A stretch of DNA of 64,000 bases from Cystobasidiomycetes sp. EMM_F5. Lineage: Eukaryota. Below, one piece after another: positions 37,524 to 50,977 of the stretch. Position numbers and translations under genes: made by a program. The stretch lies in NCBI GenBank assembly GCA_051047955.1, contig JBPGPT010000003.1:434001-498000 (forward strand), given 5' to 3'. Within the stretch, counting starts at the first letter, position 1. Every line of letters starts with the position of its first letter. Below the pieces are notes generated by a model. It saw nothing but the letters and a program-made list of their open reading frames with translations. It had not been told where the DNA came from and did no database searches.

Positions 37524-40500
37524 TCACAGATAGCGAGGCAACGTGTACCTCAATTCGCGAATAGGGCGTGTCTCCTCCAACCCGAGCGCGTAGATCAAAG
37601 ACTCTCGCGCTCGTTTCTCGCGTCTCGTCTCTTCGTACACTTTGGCCAGCAAGTACCAGGCTTCCGGACTGTCCCAAGCATTTGATTGAGTAGCTACGTC
37701 AAGGAATCCTTCCGCAATAGCTGGATTGCCAATATCGTAATGGAGCTTGGCGATAGTGAGTACGGTCGGAACATGATCTGTGGAGATAGCGCTTGCTTTC
37801 ATCAACGCCAATAATGCCAGATCATCGTTTGCGGCATTTCGTTCCTTGGGATTCGTCCCGGCGAGCGAGTACAGGTAGAGAGCGAATTGCACCCAGACGT
37901 TCGGGTCCACATCGCCAGCAGCATCCTCCGCCTCGTTTATAGCACCTTTACATTCTTCCATTTTGCCCCATCGTCGAAAGCTTGCAGCGGAAACGAGCCA
38001 CAACTTCGCCAGAAGCGCTTCTGCCCTAGGGTGACTTCGTTTTCTGTTTGGCGTTACAATTTCGTCTTTCGGCGTGGCAGCAGCGGTCTCGAAGCTAGTA
38101 CGACCACTGGTCGGGGGCAAGGTAGGTGACCGCGTGCGAGCTATTGAGTGCCCGCTGGCAAACGAACGGACAGAACCGGGCCTGCCTTCGGTAGAGGGCA
38201 CGTCGAGTCCGTCTTGCACATCACTAGGGTCAGCGACGATGTTCGCAACGCAGTAAAATCTGTAAACTCGACTCACTGGTCGTTCGGTCTGCTGCACTTT
38301 CCCCTGTGCGCGTTCGTTTCCTTCTCGTTATGCTACCCAAGATTGATCTTGGGCGAGTTTTCTGGACATCGTTGTGTTCGTTGAGTTTTTGCGTTATATG
38401 ATTGCGGTTCTGCATTTCGGCGGAGGTGTTGGGAAAGTTGATGGTCGGCGGAGGCTGCGATCCACCCCGCGCGCTCTGCTCCTCCACTTGTTCTATCAGT
38501 TCCTTCCGTTTAGAAAATCTTGGAAATACATTGGTTTGCAGGTCATGCAGAGCAATTTCGGGGCCATCCGTGGCCTCAATGCATCGATTACGGGTAATCC
38601 ACAATTCGGTCTCGTACTCCAGCTCGTCCCAACATGACTGAACCAGTATGTAACTACCGTCCGAAGAGCGCTGCGGATTAGCGGGACTTCGTCTTGCGGC
38701 CCGTTGATCTGAGTCGGAGTCTCCGCTACCGGCATCAAGGGAGGTGGACGATCCCGTCAGCACGCCATTGGTGTATACGGCGGTTCCTTGAGGAGGTACA
38801 CCTTCCACATTGGGTTGAGCACGCTCTGAAGTGTCATTCTCGCTGTTGGGCTTGACGATTGCGCCCGTCGAGGCTGGGTCAAAAGGTGCATCTGCTCGCG
38901 TGGCCATTGACATCCTGTTACCCTTGACGGCGGTGAAGGCATCATCGTCGGGCAACTGAGGTATCTGCACGGGTGTGACAGGCGAGAGTCCTGCAACAAT
39001 GCTGTTCTTAGACTCAGTAGGTCGATCACGCCCGTTCGGATCCGTGCCTCTCATCGTCTGAGTAAGAGGTGAGGAAACCCCCGCAGGTTGCGCATCCAAT
39101 GCTAATTCAGCTGCTTCCGCGGCGCGTACCCAGTCCTTTTTCGCAGACAGAGCCAGAACAAAAAGATGCCAGACTCGCCAATTCATCAAAGTTTGTGCTT
39201 GACTCGCGTCCTCTCCAACAGACGGACGAGAAAGTGACTCGATAGCTTTCTTAGCTGTAGCTAGCGCTGCTGCAACATCTCGCATTTCCAGCTGCGCGTA
39301 CGCTAAGGAGTATAGCACCCGAGTCTTGAGAGATGCCGAGTATGCTACAGTGGATACTGGATGTTCCAGTTGAGATCGAGTCGTCGAATGGTCTGACGAT
39401 TTTGCGATGTGAGTTTCGGCCGTCAGGAGGGATTGCAAACTCTCTTTAGCTTTGTCGCGAGCTGTTTCTGGTTCAGCATCCACGAGCGCAAACTCGGCCT
39501 TGGCTACACCGTGCCATAATGCTACTTCCGCACGTATTCCAGAAGAAGATAGGCTCGTAGACGTCATATTGCGTTCCACATCGTGTGTCAACTGTATCCG
39601 GTCTGCGGCTTTCTTCATCGTAGCAAGTGCTTCTTCGACCAAATTAATGCGCGCATCTTCAGCCTCCTGCTTGCCGTCAAGCGTGCTTTCCCGTAGCAGA
39701 AGTCGAGTTCCGACACAACAGACTGAACAAAAGTCTGCAACCGTCTCCAAATCCTCACTGCCGAATTGTGCGGAACCCGCATCAGATTCGCTCAATCCCG
39801 CGTCTGTATCGGAGACGGCAGCAAAGTTTGTCATTGTTGGCTCAACCACCTCGTCCTCTTCCACTGTGGCTTCAGTGCGCTCTCGAAAAGTCCGTAATTC
39901 GTGCTGGACTGCAAGCTGGTCCGTCTCCTTGCTCTTAAGATATAAGCTGACGTAAAGCCGGAGGTTCTTAAGTGCTTCTTCAGCGTACGAACGGCTCTGC
40001 GGTCTGTCTGATGCAGCAAAGGATAGGCACGCGAAAATAATGGTGAGGTACCGTAGGAGGCGTTGAGATGCATACGTTGCAGTTTGACATCGTTGGATTG
40101 CATCGCACGCCCAATCTCCGCCGGATTTGCCGTTGGAGCCCAACAACAAGCCGCGAGCCCAGTAAGCATAGACCAGATCCATGTAGTCGTTTACTGGGTA
40201 AGTCGGATCACCAGCGCGTGGAAAGGCCGATAGTATTGGTGAGCTGTATATAAGTGACTCATATAATTTGAAGGTATGTTGTATATGGTGTAGGTCCGGC
40301 ATTGTGCTATTTTGCGATAGTTGTTTATGAAGCATAGAGTAAAAGTATGTCCAGTACATCCGTTCCCGTTTCAGCGGACTGATGAACTTCCAAGATGATG
40401 TCAAGCCGAAATATTGACGGTATGCTTGCAGATCATTGCTATGTTCCTGAAGTGCCGCGAGCCGACGTAGTGCCATCTCGGTATACCGCTGAGCTTCCGG

Positions 40501-41496
40501 CGAAGACGGCGGCGGAGACGTCGCAACAGAGCGGTATCGTTCTAACGCGTTTGAAATGCATTGTGTCCGGTCCGTGCTGCTGCTGCTTGCTTCCCGAGCT
40601 TGTTGCTCATAACACATGCCTAGAGAGATAAGCCTTCAGCGGAGTGCTTCATTCCTTGCGATGGCTAGAACCTACCTTCCAATACTAGCGACAAGATAGA
40701 TAGATCCAAGCTGTGCGTTGGCTCTTTCGCTTTCGTACGTGAGAATTTGAGATGATGCTGGCATGAAGACAAATTACCGAGGGCGAGATAGGCCAAGGCT
40801 TTCGCTGTATGATTGTCAGCCTACATGACCTTGTCAGTACCCTGCAAATTGCGTAAAGAAAAACCTGCTGCTCACGATTGCCGAGTCTGCGCAACCATCA
40901 GCTGCTGTCGATTGCAAGTCCTCCAAGGCGCCAGAAACTGCAGCGCGCCGCTTCTTGCCCTTCAACACCAGCTCATTAGGATCGTCTATGGCTTGCAAAG
41001 TGGAATTGGAAGCGTTCGAGTATCTAGCCTTTCTCCGCTTTCTCTCTCTCGTCAATTCCTCCAAGGCTTTTGTCGATTGCAGTGACATTGAGGCAGACGC
41101 GGTCTCTTGTGCAGCCACTGCACGCCATACGGCACACTCGAGCCGGCATACTGCGACGTTGAGCTGGCCAGAAGGGGTCGAATTGTGTTTGGCATATTTA
41201 CGCAGCGTCTCGTTCCAATCGACGTGCCCTGCAGGCGTCAATGCGGAGTATGCAGGCTGAAGAGGCGGAGATGATCGTAAGAGACTGTTGGGTTGATTCT
41301 AGAGCGTTGTGATCTTACTTTAGCGACATCCGACGGCCATACGCTGTCATCTTCCCAAAGTCCGAGTGAGCGCACGAGATTCAGCGTGAACGCCCAGCCA
41401 ATCGCCTACGATTGCTTCAGATGAGATAATAGACGTGTTTGAGAAGGTGCCCACCTTTTGCGACTGCCCATGACCGTGTCCATGCAGCGGCGACAT
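37524..41496 (-). CDS. YPP1: TPR protein Ypp1/TTC7-like (PI4-kinase complex scaffold)
   Basis: WNETLRKYAKHN, WHLFVLALSAKKD, LWLVSAASFRRWG, WDSPEAWYLLAK and ALGLEETRPIR. Start reconstructed across two short 5' introns. Confidence 0.8.
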
Positions 41497-41775
41497 GTCC
41501 GTCCAGAGGCCGCCAGAAGCTCAGCGGATTCCGGTCCAACGGCAATGGCGGCACTGTAGGAGCCTCAAGGAGCCAGTATGCAGGTAGCAGAAAACAACAG
41601 ACTGGCAGAATGGTCGTGAACCAGCAAAAGGCTCTCGTTCGGTCAGTTGAGGTGTCCAAAATGTCGATCATGATTCCGACGGCGACGTGCCATGTCGCTG
41701 AACGTTGATTGCGGGCAACCCGACCACACGAGCTACGCCGTGACAGCTCGTCAAGCACAACACCATCATCTGAAC

Positions 41776-42896
41776 ATGGCCGCTGCTCCGATTACCATCA
41801 AAGTCCTGCTCATCGGCTCCAGCAGCGTCGGCAAGAGCAGCGTGTTGTTGCGCTTCACCGATGACACTTTCCTGACAGCCGATGAGATATCCTCGACTAT
41901 AGGGTGAGTGTTAGTTGAAAGGCCGTCGCTCTACATGGTCCGAACGTAATCGAGACGTGAAATCATTCCATGAACACCGCCGAGACCGGATGACGTTCTA
42001 ATCTGGCAGAGTCGACTTCAAGCTCAAGGTCATCGACCACAAGCCGTCCGGGCGACGCTTCAAGCTGTCGATATGGGATACTGCAGGACAAGAAAGGTGC
42101 GTAAAGAGATTGCTCATGGCGGGCTGCTCAAGCTAACCCTGTTTATGGCCTTGCGCATTTGGGCAACAATTGTCGCTATGATATTGACAGGTTCCGGACA
42201 TTAACATCCAGCTACTACCGTGGAGCGCATGGCGTAATACTCATGTACGACATCTCAAATCGAGAGACATTCGATGCCCTCGGGTACGTCGCTCTCGGAA
42301 GTATAGCGAGTGGTTCTGCAATCAGCTCACTCGTTTCTCCGCTCGGCCCGCATTTCTGCATCACATATGGCGTTGTGCCTCAATTCCTTGGTGATACTGG
42401 GACATAGGGCATGGTTTCAAGAATTGGATACGTTTGCAACCCAGAATGTAGTCAAGTACATCGTGGGAAACAAGACAGATAAGGTGGGTCCCTCTTCAAT
42501 AGATGCGCGATTGCGAGGCTTACACAAGCAGCACAATCCTTTTTCCAACAACAGGAATCCATCCGTGCCGTACCGTTATCAGAAGGACGAGCTTTCGCAC
42601 AAAGCAAGGGTTGCATGTTCAAGGAGTGTTCGGCAAAGAGAAACGAAGGGATCCAAGACGTGTTTGACCAGCTCGTCGACGAAGTGAGTCTGGCACTTTC
42701 AAGTGCAACAAGCACAGAAAACTGATGGAAAGTGCCCTTTTGCCATAATGCGTAACGACAGATTGTCGCAAGACCGGAATTATGGGAGAAGAATGCAAAT
42801 GCAAATAAGACGGCCACCCTTCCCGGAGGCTTTCCTGGCGTCAATCTGCAAGAAGGGCAGCAACCGTCTTCGAGCTGGGGTGGCTGTCAATGCTGA
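41776..42896 (+). CDS. RAB18: Rab GTPase, Rab18-like, 6 exons
   Basis: [57 protein letters not shown] and a C-terminal CQC prenylation motif. Confidence 0.88.
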
Positions 42897-43175
42897 GTCC
42901 TGCCGAGCTTGGCTTGCTACATTTCTTTCGGAATTGCATGTATCGACTGATGTAGTAATACACCTACTGTAGCTATTAGACTGCTGATTTATTGCTGTTG
43001 GTGCCATTATACGGATTCCTGTTCTGGTCGATCATGCTGCGCAGCGCTGCGCTGAGTGCTGCGGACCCTGTCGAACTGGATTTACTGTACGGAACGGAAC
43101 ATCGCACGATGCCTGCTTGTTGCTGTTGCTTCGTTTCCAACAGAATATGCCTGTCTTGCTGCCAATCTGACGGCC

Positions 43176-45076
43176 ATGGTGACTGGGAGCAGTTGTAGCA
43201 GCGGCTCGAGCGGCACAAATCACCGACAGCCTGCAGTGACTGCAATAGATCTCGAAGCAAGTGACAGCGACGGCGTTGGAGACGGACAGGATGGGCTTGA
43301 AAGGCCGGACGACGATGGCGATGAGGACGAAGAGGAGCAACTGCGTCGAGACCGGTTGTCGAGATTGCTTGGCAGCAAAAATGTGGAATCGCTAGCTAAA
43401 CAATTTGGCAAGACGAGCGTACATGGACGTAATGAACAAACAAAGCTGGAGGACGAGAAGCTCCACGCAAGGCGTGTAGTGCTTGACGTTACGGCTTTGC
43501 TGTTTGGAGCGTCAGTTCTGAAGAGATGGGCGCGTAGCGGAGAAGTCAGTGAATGGCTCCTGCCGGAAGAAGGTGAGAGGAAGCCCTTGAATACAACAGC
43601 ACTTTCTGAATGAAAGCAACTCATTACCAGTCCTCGCCTCTTTGGACATTGTAAAACGGGCAGATAGACCGCTCGCAGCTCTGGCTAGAGAAGCTACACG
43701 ATGGATAGAGAAACAATTAGGTCGGTTCTGTTTGCGAGACTCCACACGAGGGCTTACGCTAATCCTCGACCACAGGATTGCCGCCACCGCATCCACCGCA
43801 TCCGCCTCATAATGGTTCACACGATTTCCACGGACGACGCGGTGGACGCGGCTGGCATGCTCACAGAGGACGTCCCTCAACTTCTCCTCGCCATCCGCCC
43901 CATAGAGGGCGTCACAGCCCGCCGCCTCAGCATCATTGGCACGGCCGTTCGGAACATTCGCATACGGTCCATGAAAATCGCAATGAACCGTATAACGTCA
44001 ATGTATTCCAGGGCGAAGTAGACACCAATGGCGGAAAAACCAATTCCAGAGCACTTATCGATATCACGGATCGCCAAATCAAAAATCAACGAGAAAGCCA
44101 GGATCCGCATCAAACCGGATTTCGTATCATTGGACAGGCAGAACGCTTGTCGTGGGAAGATACCGTCAAATGCGCTAGACTGACCCATGACGATGCCTAT
44201 GCAAATGACAATTCACGAGCGCACGGAAGTATTGGGGACGAGCTGGAAAAGGCCATATGTCTACCACGAAGGGGAACTCTCCAATGTGCTTTGCATGCAT
44301 TACAAATGGAAACGAATTCCGAAAAATCGCTGGAAAGGAAAGATCGCCTAGAAATAGTGTACGCTAACGTACCCTCTTACTTTGCGGATCACCCCATCCT
44401 TGTAGCCGCTCGCTTGTTGCCGCCGTACTCGCCTAAATTCTTCACATCATCACAGGCGGACGGCGCACAAGAATCGCCGGCATCGTCTGATACACTGCGC
44501 AAATTTGGCGAAGTCATTACCCACTTCTTCTCAGATGATCTTGCGGCATGCTTGCGGGAGATCACTCCGGCAGAAGCAGAAGAGGCCGACGAATGGGAAT
44601 ACTTGCAAAGGCACGGTCACGACATACGGCTGGAAGATTGGGGCCATTTCGGACCGCCTGCTCATCATCATCCTCCTCCTCACCACCACCCTCATCCGCA
44701 CCACAGAGGTCATCACCACTTTCACCCTCCTCCTTTCCCTCCTCATCATCTTTACGATGCCCCGCCTCCCCACCATTACCATCCGCCGCCTCCCCCACCA
44801 ACACATCCGGACTGGCATCATCATGGACGTGAACGTGGAAATTGGCATGATAGAGGCCATCGCGGTGGTGGCTTCGCAGGTCCCGGCAGATCTCATAGCC
44901 CGCTCTGTTGGGATCATCCCACACACCCTCCGTCGCCACCGCATCATCGTTGGCACCCGCCGCCGCCGCCGCATGCAGACTTCCCACCAGCTGCAGGTCC
45001 ACCCGGTGCGCACCATAGTTGGACGCTTCCACCGCATGTACGATATCCTTCTCCGCCATCTTTTGGCGGTTATTAG
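43176..45076 (+). CDS. PIN-like domain protein with His/Pro-rich regions (exons 43176-43572, 43631-43720, 43776-45076)
   Basis: Splicing gives VVLDVTALLFGASVLKRW...LLPEEVLASLDIVKR...AREATRWIEKQL, the Smg6/Swt1-type PIN N-half pattern. Confidence 0.65.
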
Positions 45077-45268
45077 TTTGATGTATATTTGTGGCAGGAT
45101 GAACAATCGGATGCCCAATAGGTCGGTCGGTCGGTCTACAGTGGTAGCCTCATTCATGCTTGTGTTGTTGCAATACCTTTGCATTCAAATGATAGATTGG
45201 AACTATCACGTCATGACAAAAGCAAGCCCGTCATGATCACGCGTTAATCGTTTCTACTGTTACACGAC

Positions 45269-48200
45269 TTATCGACGCCTATCCCTGTCGCGGTCAATGA
45301 GCGTGCGCTGCTGAGGGAATCGGCGATCAGGACCTTGATCGTCTGCTCGTCTCACGTTTCGTTGCGGCATTGAGGGACCTCTCCTATCATGATACACGGG
45401 CGATGGAGAACGTCGCTGCGACTAGAAGTCAGACGGAGTCGACATCCTCCCAAAATTTTAAAATAGCTCACTCTTTCGCGACTACTGTACCGGTCAACGG
45501 GATGATCGCCAAACCTGGATCGGTCCCTCTCATCCGCTCTTGGGTATGACGAGCCTGAAACGGATCGCCGTGGTACAGGTGGTCCAGGTGTTGCTTGACT
45601 AAATCTTGATATTGGCTCGGGTATGGCGAAGTTGGGTTTCGGCGGCAGACCAGGGATGATGGGAAGGGTTGATGTGGTACTTCTAGCCGGAGCAGGCGCA
45701 GCGGGTGCAGTGGGCAATGATGATGTTGATGTTGGCATGATAAGGCGCTCTTGTGTGATGTTTCGCCCTGTCGGTTCGGGTAATGATTGCGGCACCAATT
45801 CTGCGTGCAACTTCTGTGCGTTAGATGTGTCTGAGGCAGTACTTTTGACATCGACCGGTGTTTGCATTATCGGCATCTGTCCAATGTCATCAACGTCCAT
45901 GACCTGTGTACTTTGAGCAGCAGCAGCCGCAGCAGCAGCAGCCGCAGCAGCTTCAGCTGCTTGACGTGCCGCTTTGGCTTTACTTGCACCAACGATACTA
46001 ATGTTTGTCCTTTTACCTTCGCCACGCGGTGCTGATTGCGTGTTGACAGACTGCGGATTGGTGGTAGCAACGGCATCTTTTCCGCCAGAAATACTCGGAT
46101 CGGTACTTGGTGCAAACCGACTGCGTTTCAATGGGGGCTCATCAGCTGCCGTGACGCCCTGATCGTCACTCCCGCCTGATCGGCGGATGCGAGCAACAAG
46201 CGGCAAAGAGTTGCCGGGTGCACCCGGCGCAGGAGGTGTTGGCGGCCGGTTCCGTTCAGCTGGCGGAGAGGCCGACTTCGTTCTCATGTCGAATATGTCT
46301 GGCGTCGACCGTGAGAAAGAACAGATAGTACGGAGGAAGCAGCTTACTGGTTTGCACAGAATCAATGCGGAGATCCCGTAGGTCAGCAGATGGAGGAGCT
46401 GAGGATGCACTTGGCGCGTCCATGTGAGTCACCGCAATTTCTACTGGAGCTACTTGCCAGGACCGCATTCTAGGCGGAGGTGTACGTTCCCGGGGCGGCC
46501 GGGCAGTTGGTGGTGACGGAGTTCGGCGGCGTTGCCGCTGTTGGCGAGCCGGCTCAGACGGGCGTTGCGGAAGCTGTACTTGTAACACGCGGTCATTGTT
46601 TTCGACATCCGAGCGTCTGCGTATGTCCTCTCGGACCTCGACACCGCGATGGTCGCGCATTCCGCTTTGCCTATCCATTCCGCTTTGCCTATCCGACTGC
46701 GATGACTATGGTTCCAGACTCAGCTGAGAGCGCGGGAAGAGTTATGTCCATCCGTACTATCAAACGATTTTTCGAATTCGCCGGGAGCAAGGATCGCTCC
46801 TCAGCATTTACATTTGACCTTGCGTCGCTGCGACCATCGACTGCATTAGCAGATGCGCTCCCTGTAAGACGGGCCGGATGTGCGCGTTCTCGATTGTCTC
46901 TTCGCGCCACGTTCTGCTGTCTATCCGCAACAGGGTCTTCGCGGTGCGAGCGTTCGAATCTCGCGTCACCACCTGCTGGTTTGCTGTACGATGCTGCTGC
47001 CGGCTCTCGTGGCAGAGGTGCCGTCCTAGGAGGCGGCCCGGCCGCTGCAGAGCGGGTAGATGACGGACCGGTAGGTAAGCTTTCCAAGTTCGAAGCAATA
47101 TGCGACTTGTTCATAGAAGGCAAGTCGCGATTCGCGCGAGGTCCAGTAGGAGGACCTGCAGAATGCAATTGACGATCTGACACCCGTCTACCGTCGCGTA
47201 AGTCATCACCATTGCGCGACCTTTCTTGACTGAACCTCGATATTCGCGAACCGGGAGGTGCAGACTCCAGCCCGCGAGGCATTCTGTCTGAGAAGTGGTC
47301 TGAAGCCTCAGGATACCGTTCAATATTCAGTCGTTCCAGATGAGGTTTGCTGTTCCGCTCATCTTTCTTCGTATATGACTGTGTCTGCGATGGTCGTGGA
47401 CGTCGACCTAAGACAGCAGCAGAGAAGTCAATCTAAGTTCCTCCTCCTCGCTGAAGCTGCTGCTGATGACGGCAGTACAACGGTGAAGCGAGCACGCAGA
47501 TCGCATATGCGCTGTAGCAGCCTCATGCGCAGATTCTGCTGCGGTTTCCCAATGCACACGGAAGCGCTCGCAAAGGAGCGGCAAGCCGCCGCGATGAACG
47601 AGTTTCCCTGAGGAGCGAAGGACGATGATGTTTTTTATGAAGTCGCGCTTACTCCATGCAGTTGACGAAGCTCCGCTTTGAACGGCTTCAGCTGTGTCTA
47701 CCCCAGCACCTTCGTTTCGTTGATCAACGCCGTATGGAGTGGAATGATGGGGATCAGAATAAGAGAGCAGGAGGCGACAATGTGTGAAGACGACAGCCAA
47801 CGAGTATTGAAATGAAGGAGAAAATCGAAGAATCCCATCAATGAACCGCAATTGCTGGAGAAGCGCTTGGGAGCCAGCACAACTGCGAAGACGTACTCTG
47901 GGGTATGGAGGCCATTTCCTCAGGGATTGCATCTCCAGAGATTGATCCCGCTTCGGGGTTGGTGCCATCCTGAATTGTAACGGCTTCTGTATCATTAGAC
48001 GTTGCAGTAGCTTGAGGAGCTGCTGTCTTGGAACTACGAGCTGCGTCCGGCGTATTGCCGCGACTGGAGGGTCTTGCGGGTCCATCTGGTAGTTCCCAAG
48101 TAGTCTTGCCTGTGTGAGTATTCAAGTAGTAGGTCTCGCCTTTGCGAGATTTACGTTCTGCCCATCCTGGAGGAAGGACCGACGGAGCTTGAACATGCTG

Positions 48201-48389
48201 CGCTGCTTCTTGTACGACGTCTCGTGCATTTGTCACACTGTCGCGTGCAGCCTCGTCCTTGTCCTTGTTGCTGTCCGTGCTGCCGCTGCGTTGCACATCC
48301 TCGACCTGATCGACCTCACCTCCTAGCGATATCACAGACTCGCGGTCATCGTCGTCGCCGAAGTCGAGCCTGTCCTCATCTTCGTCCAT
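45269..48389 (-). CDS. WW-domain protein, otherwise low-complexity and Arg/Asp/Pro-rich, multi-exon
   Basis: LPPGWAERKSRKGETYYLNTHTGKTTWELP. Downstream ORFs join in phase through GT-AG introns and end RDRDRRR*. Confidence 0.75.
46658..46694. repeat. Perfect 18-bp tandem duplication in coding sequence (DRQSGM x2 on - strand)
   Basis: attccgctttgcctatcc occurs twice in tandem. Confidence 0.9.
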
Positions 48390-48640
48390 TGCTCTGGACC
48401 GATCTCCGCAGCCAGCTCGTCAGATGGGCAAGTTCAACTGACGTTGGTTCTGAGAAACAAAAGTGATGGATCAATTTCATCCAGACAGGCTTTATGCAAA
48501 TCAACTTGCAAGCTCTGGACATAAGCTATTTGCTAGTTCCGAATGCTCTTATATTTCGTGTTCCACGCTTCATCATCAATCTGCCCTATCTGGCAAGCTG
48601 AAAGTCCCATCTCTGAGGCACGAGCAATGCGTGGACAACC

Positions 48641-49114
48641 TCACGCACCATAGCGTATGCGGCCCATCACCACCGAACCGGTCTTGGCTGAGCCTGGCGC
48701 TGGAGTCCAACCCTCGCTAACGAGTAGAAGGTGGGGAGTCGGTCGGGCGGCCATTAGCAATGGATCATTCGTTCTGCGGCGCAATTTGCGCCGGTAGTCA
48801 GGTGTCGATAATATGTCGACTCGCTGATTGACGGGGAATGCTTCTGACGCTTTGTGATCCCTGCGAATAAAGTGTGTCCGACCCGTGTAATCGACACAAA
48901 TCGGCCGCAGGCGAAGGTCCTCGACTGGCAAACAAGTGATAGGCGACGTGAGACTGGAGCCTCGCCGCCTTCCTACCTGTGGTACCGCCTGTGCGTACGG
49001 AATCTGCCACGCTGGGTGTTGCTCTCCCAGCACGGTGGTCAAAGCTGTCTGAGCAGCTGCACGCTTGTCGTGAGTACGGAGCGCTTTGCGGGTAAGATCT
49101 GGCAACACCGACAT
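48641..49114 (-). CDS. Possible small hypothetical gene
   Basis: 157-aa ATG-initiated ORF in a 1.2-kb gap with a GTGCGT donor-like site at its end. No recognisable motif. Confidence 0.25.
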   Translation of the reverse strand: MSVLPDLTRKALRTHDKRAAAQTALTTVLGEQHPAWQIPYAQAVPQVGRRRGSSLTSPITCLPVEDLRLRPICVDYTGRTHFIRRDHKASEAFPVNQRVDILSTPDYRRKLRRRTNDPLLMAARPTPHLLLVSEGWTPAPGSAKTGSVVMGRIRYGA

Positions 49115-49622
49115 CTCGCTATAGGTGACCTACATTCTAAGACTAGCCCTCTTGTAATCATATTCAGACTGATTGCAGTGCGTTGAGTATATGGCGTTGA
49201 GGCGGGGCAAGCCGTCAGGCAGAAGTGTTAGATGGTTGCGGTGGCCTTGTTATAGAAATGCGCGCAATATGCTGCGATCCTTAGGCGCCTATGATATTTG
49301 TTAGATCTAACTTGTGAAACTTTTCCTATTCCAACGCCATGAGGAGGATTCTCTTGCCGACTTGTTCGGACGGCGACAGAAATTTCTGAAATAAGTAGCC
49401 CGTATATATAGAGTGCTGTACCCCGCTCTCTAATCCTTCTCTACATAATTTGAGACACCCTGCCGGCTAGCGGTGGCGTCAGAAAGTCGTGATTAGACAG
49501 ATGAAATCCGTGTACTCTTCCGCCCATAGCTAGGAGCAGCTTTTACTTCTATGCGACTCTGACATCATCTCTGGACTCACCAGGGCCTATTGTTCGCTTC
49601 ATTCTTTCTCCTGCTTCAAGAC

Positions 49623-50645
49623 ATGTCTTCGTTATCGCACTTCGCGCTCGCAGCTGAATCAACATCAAGTTCGCCTTATTGGAGCTCCAGTAGTGCGGGA
49701 ACTAGTTCAGGAAGCAGCACGTTCTCCATCCATGCATCTCGCGATGCTGGCACGACTCCGAATGGCACATTCTCGGAGCGCTTCGATACTGCTACGGATT
49801 ATGACTTGATTCTGGAGTCAAACGATGCTATCCGCTTCAAGGTCCACCGTGCCCGGCTGGCAGGCAGTACAGTCTTCCACGATATGCTTGCTCTAGGGGA
49901 CCTCCAAGAAGCAGCATACAATACAGCGCTTTCGCACAGTAGCGACATCCCGATAGTGGCGCTATCGGAAGATGCCGAAACCCTCGAAGCTGTTCTGCCA
50001 TTCTTCTACCAGGAATTCGTGGATGTCGATAGCATGGACTTCGAACTGGTGCTGAAAGCCTTTGAGGCTGCTGCAAAGTATGGGATGACACTGGTAGAGC
50101 ACACTTATACTGCCCGGCTGAAGTAAGGCCGTACACGAAGTCACGATGCGGCGTAGATGCTGAACTACTCCTATCACAGACGCATGATGCCCAAAGACAT
50201 GACTGGCGAGCAAGCCTACGATTTATGGCGCTTGTGTACTGTTCTTGATCGACCTGCTTTGGCTGGACAAGCACTGGGTTTCACGACCAGGAGCAATATT
50301 ATGCAATTCCAAACTACTGATATCAACTCACTGACTCCTCGAGATGTGGATCGCCTTGTGAGTTTCAGAGTGCCGCAATTACCGCCACGCATCTGACTGA
50401 AAGAGCTTTTCTGACAGTGGCGAATTCATATGCAGCAGACGCAAGCACGAGCAGACGCGCTCTTCAAGTATGCTTGGCAGTCATCTCGCGGAGAGTGCTT
50501 TTTCTTCAATGCGCTCGCGCATTCCCAGCATATGCAGTCTCTTGTATTGGCAAAGTTCAGCCTTCACCCGTGTCAGACGAAAGAACCGCTGGGATTCAGG
50601 ACGTGCGACAAGTGCAAGACCATGGCTGACAATTTAGGGGTTTGA
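49623..50645 (+). CDS. BTB/POZ-domain protein, 3 exons
   Basis: DLILESNDAIRFKVHRARLAGSTVFHDML...IVALSEDAETLEAVLPFFY...FEAAAKYGM. Confidence 0.85.
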
Positions 50646-50824
50646 AAGTATGCCGGTTTCTACCTCCATTTCTTGTCGGATGGCTGAGTCAGTCTAGCAG
50701 TACGCATTTAGAATTCGAGTATTACTAGAGCCGAGTGCGCAGTGGACAAACAATGGTATATCTCGGGCATAGCATGCGGCCTGGTTCAGTCGGCAGAAGG
50801 TGGACTCTTCATCGTCATTGCGCG

Positions 50825-50860
50825 TGTCAGCTGTTATGTTGTCAGCTGTTATGTTGTCAG
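50825..50860. repeat. 15-bp tandem repeat (TGTCAGCTGTTATGT x2.4) between convergent genes
   Basis: Directly visible in the sequence. Confidence 0.85.
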
Positions 50861-50977
50861 TCGTCAATGGTAGCTTGCAATAAATGTCGTTGCGCCATCC
50901 GACTCTGCGATGCTGATGCTAATCTACAGGGAAAAGAGGAAATACATAGTTTGCCAGAGCTCAGAAAAAATTCGCGT

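Noticed and set aside
44505..45236. Several overlapping 165-243 aa ORFs on both strands
   Set aside because: Alternative-frame and antisense shadows of the low-complexity His/Pro tail.
45915..45960. GCA-type trinucleotide run (and the TTG run at ~63410-63430)
   Set aside because: Ordinary coding microsatellites giving poly-Ala and poly-Asn tracts.
48595..48800. GAAAGTCCC resembling the RNase MRP CR-I motif
   Set aside because: I found no matching CR-V/P4 partner by eye. It would need an Infernal hit.
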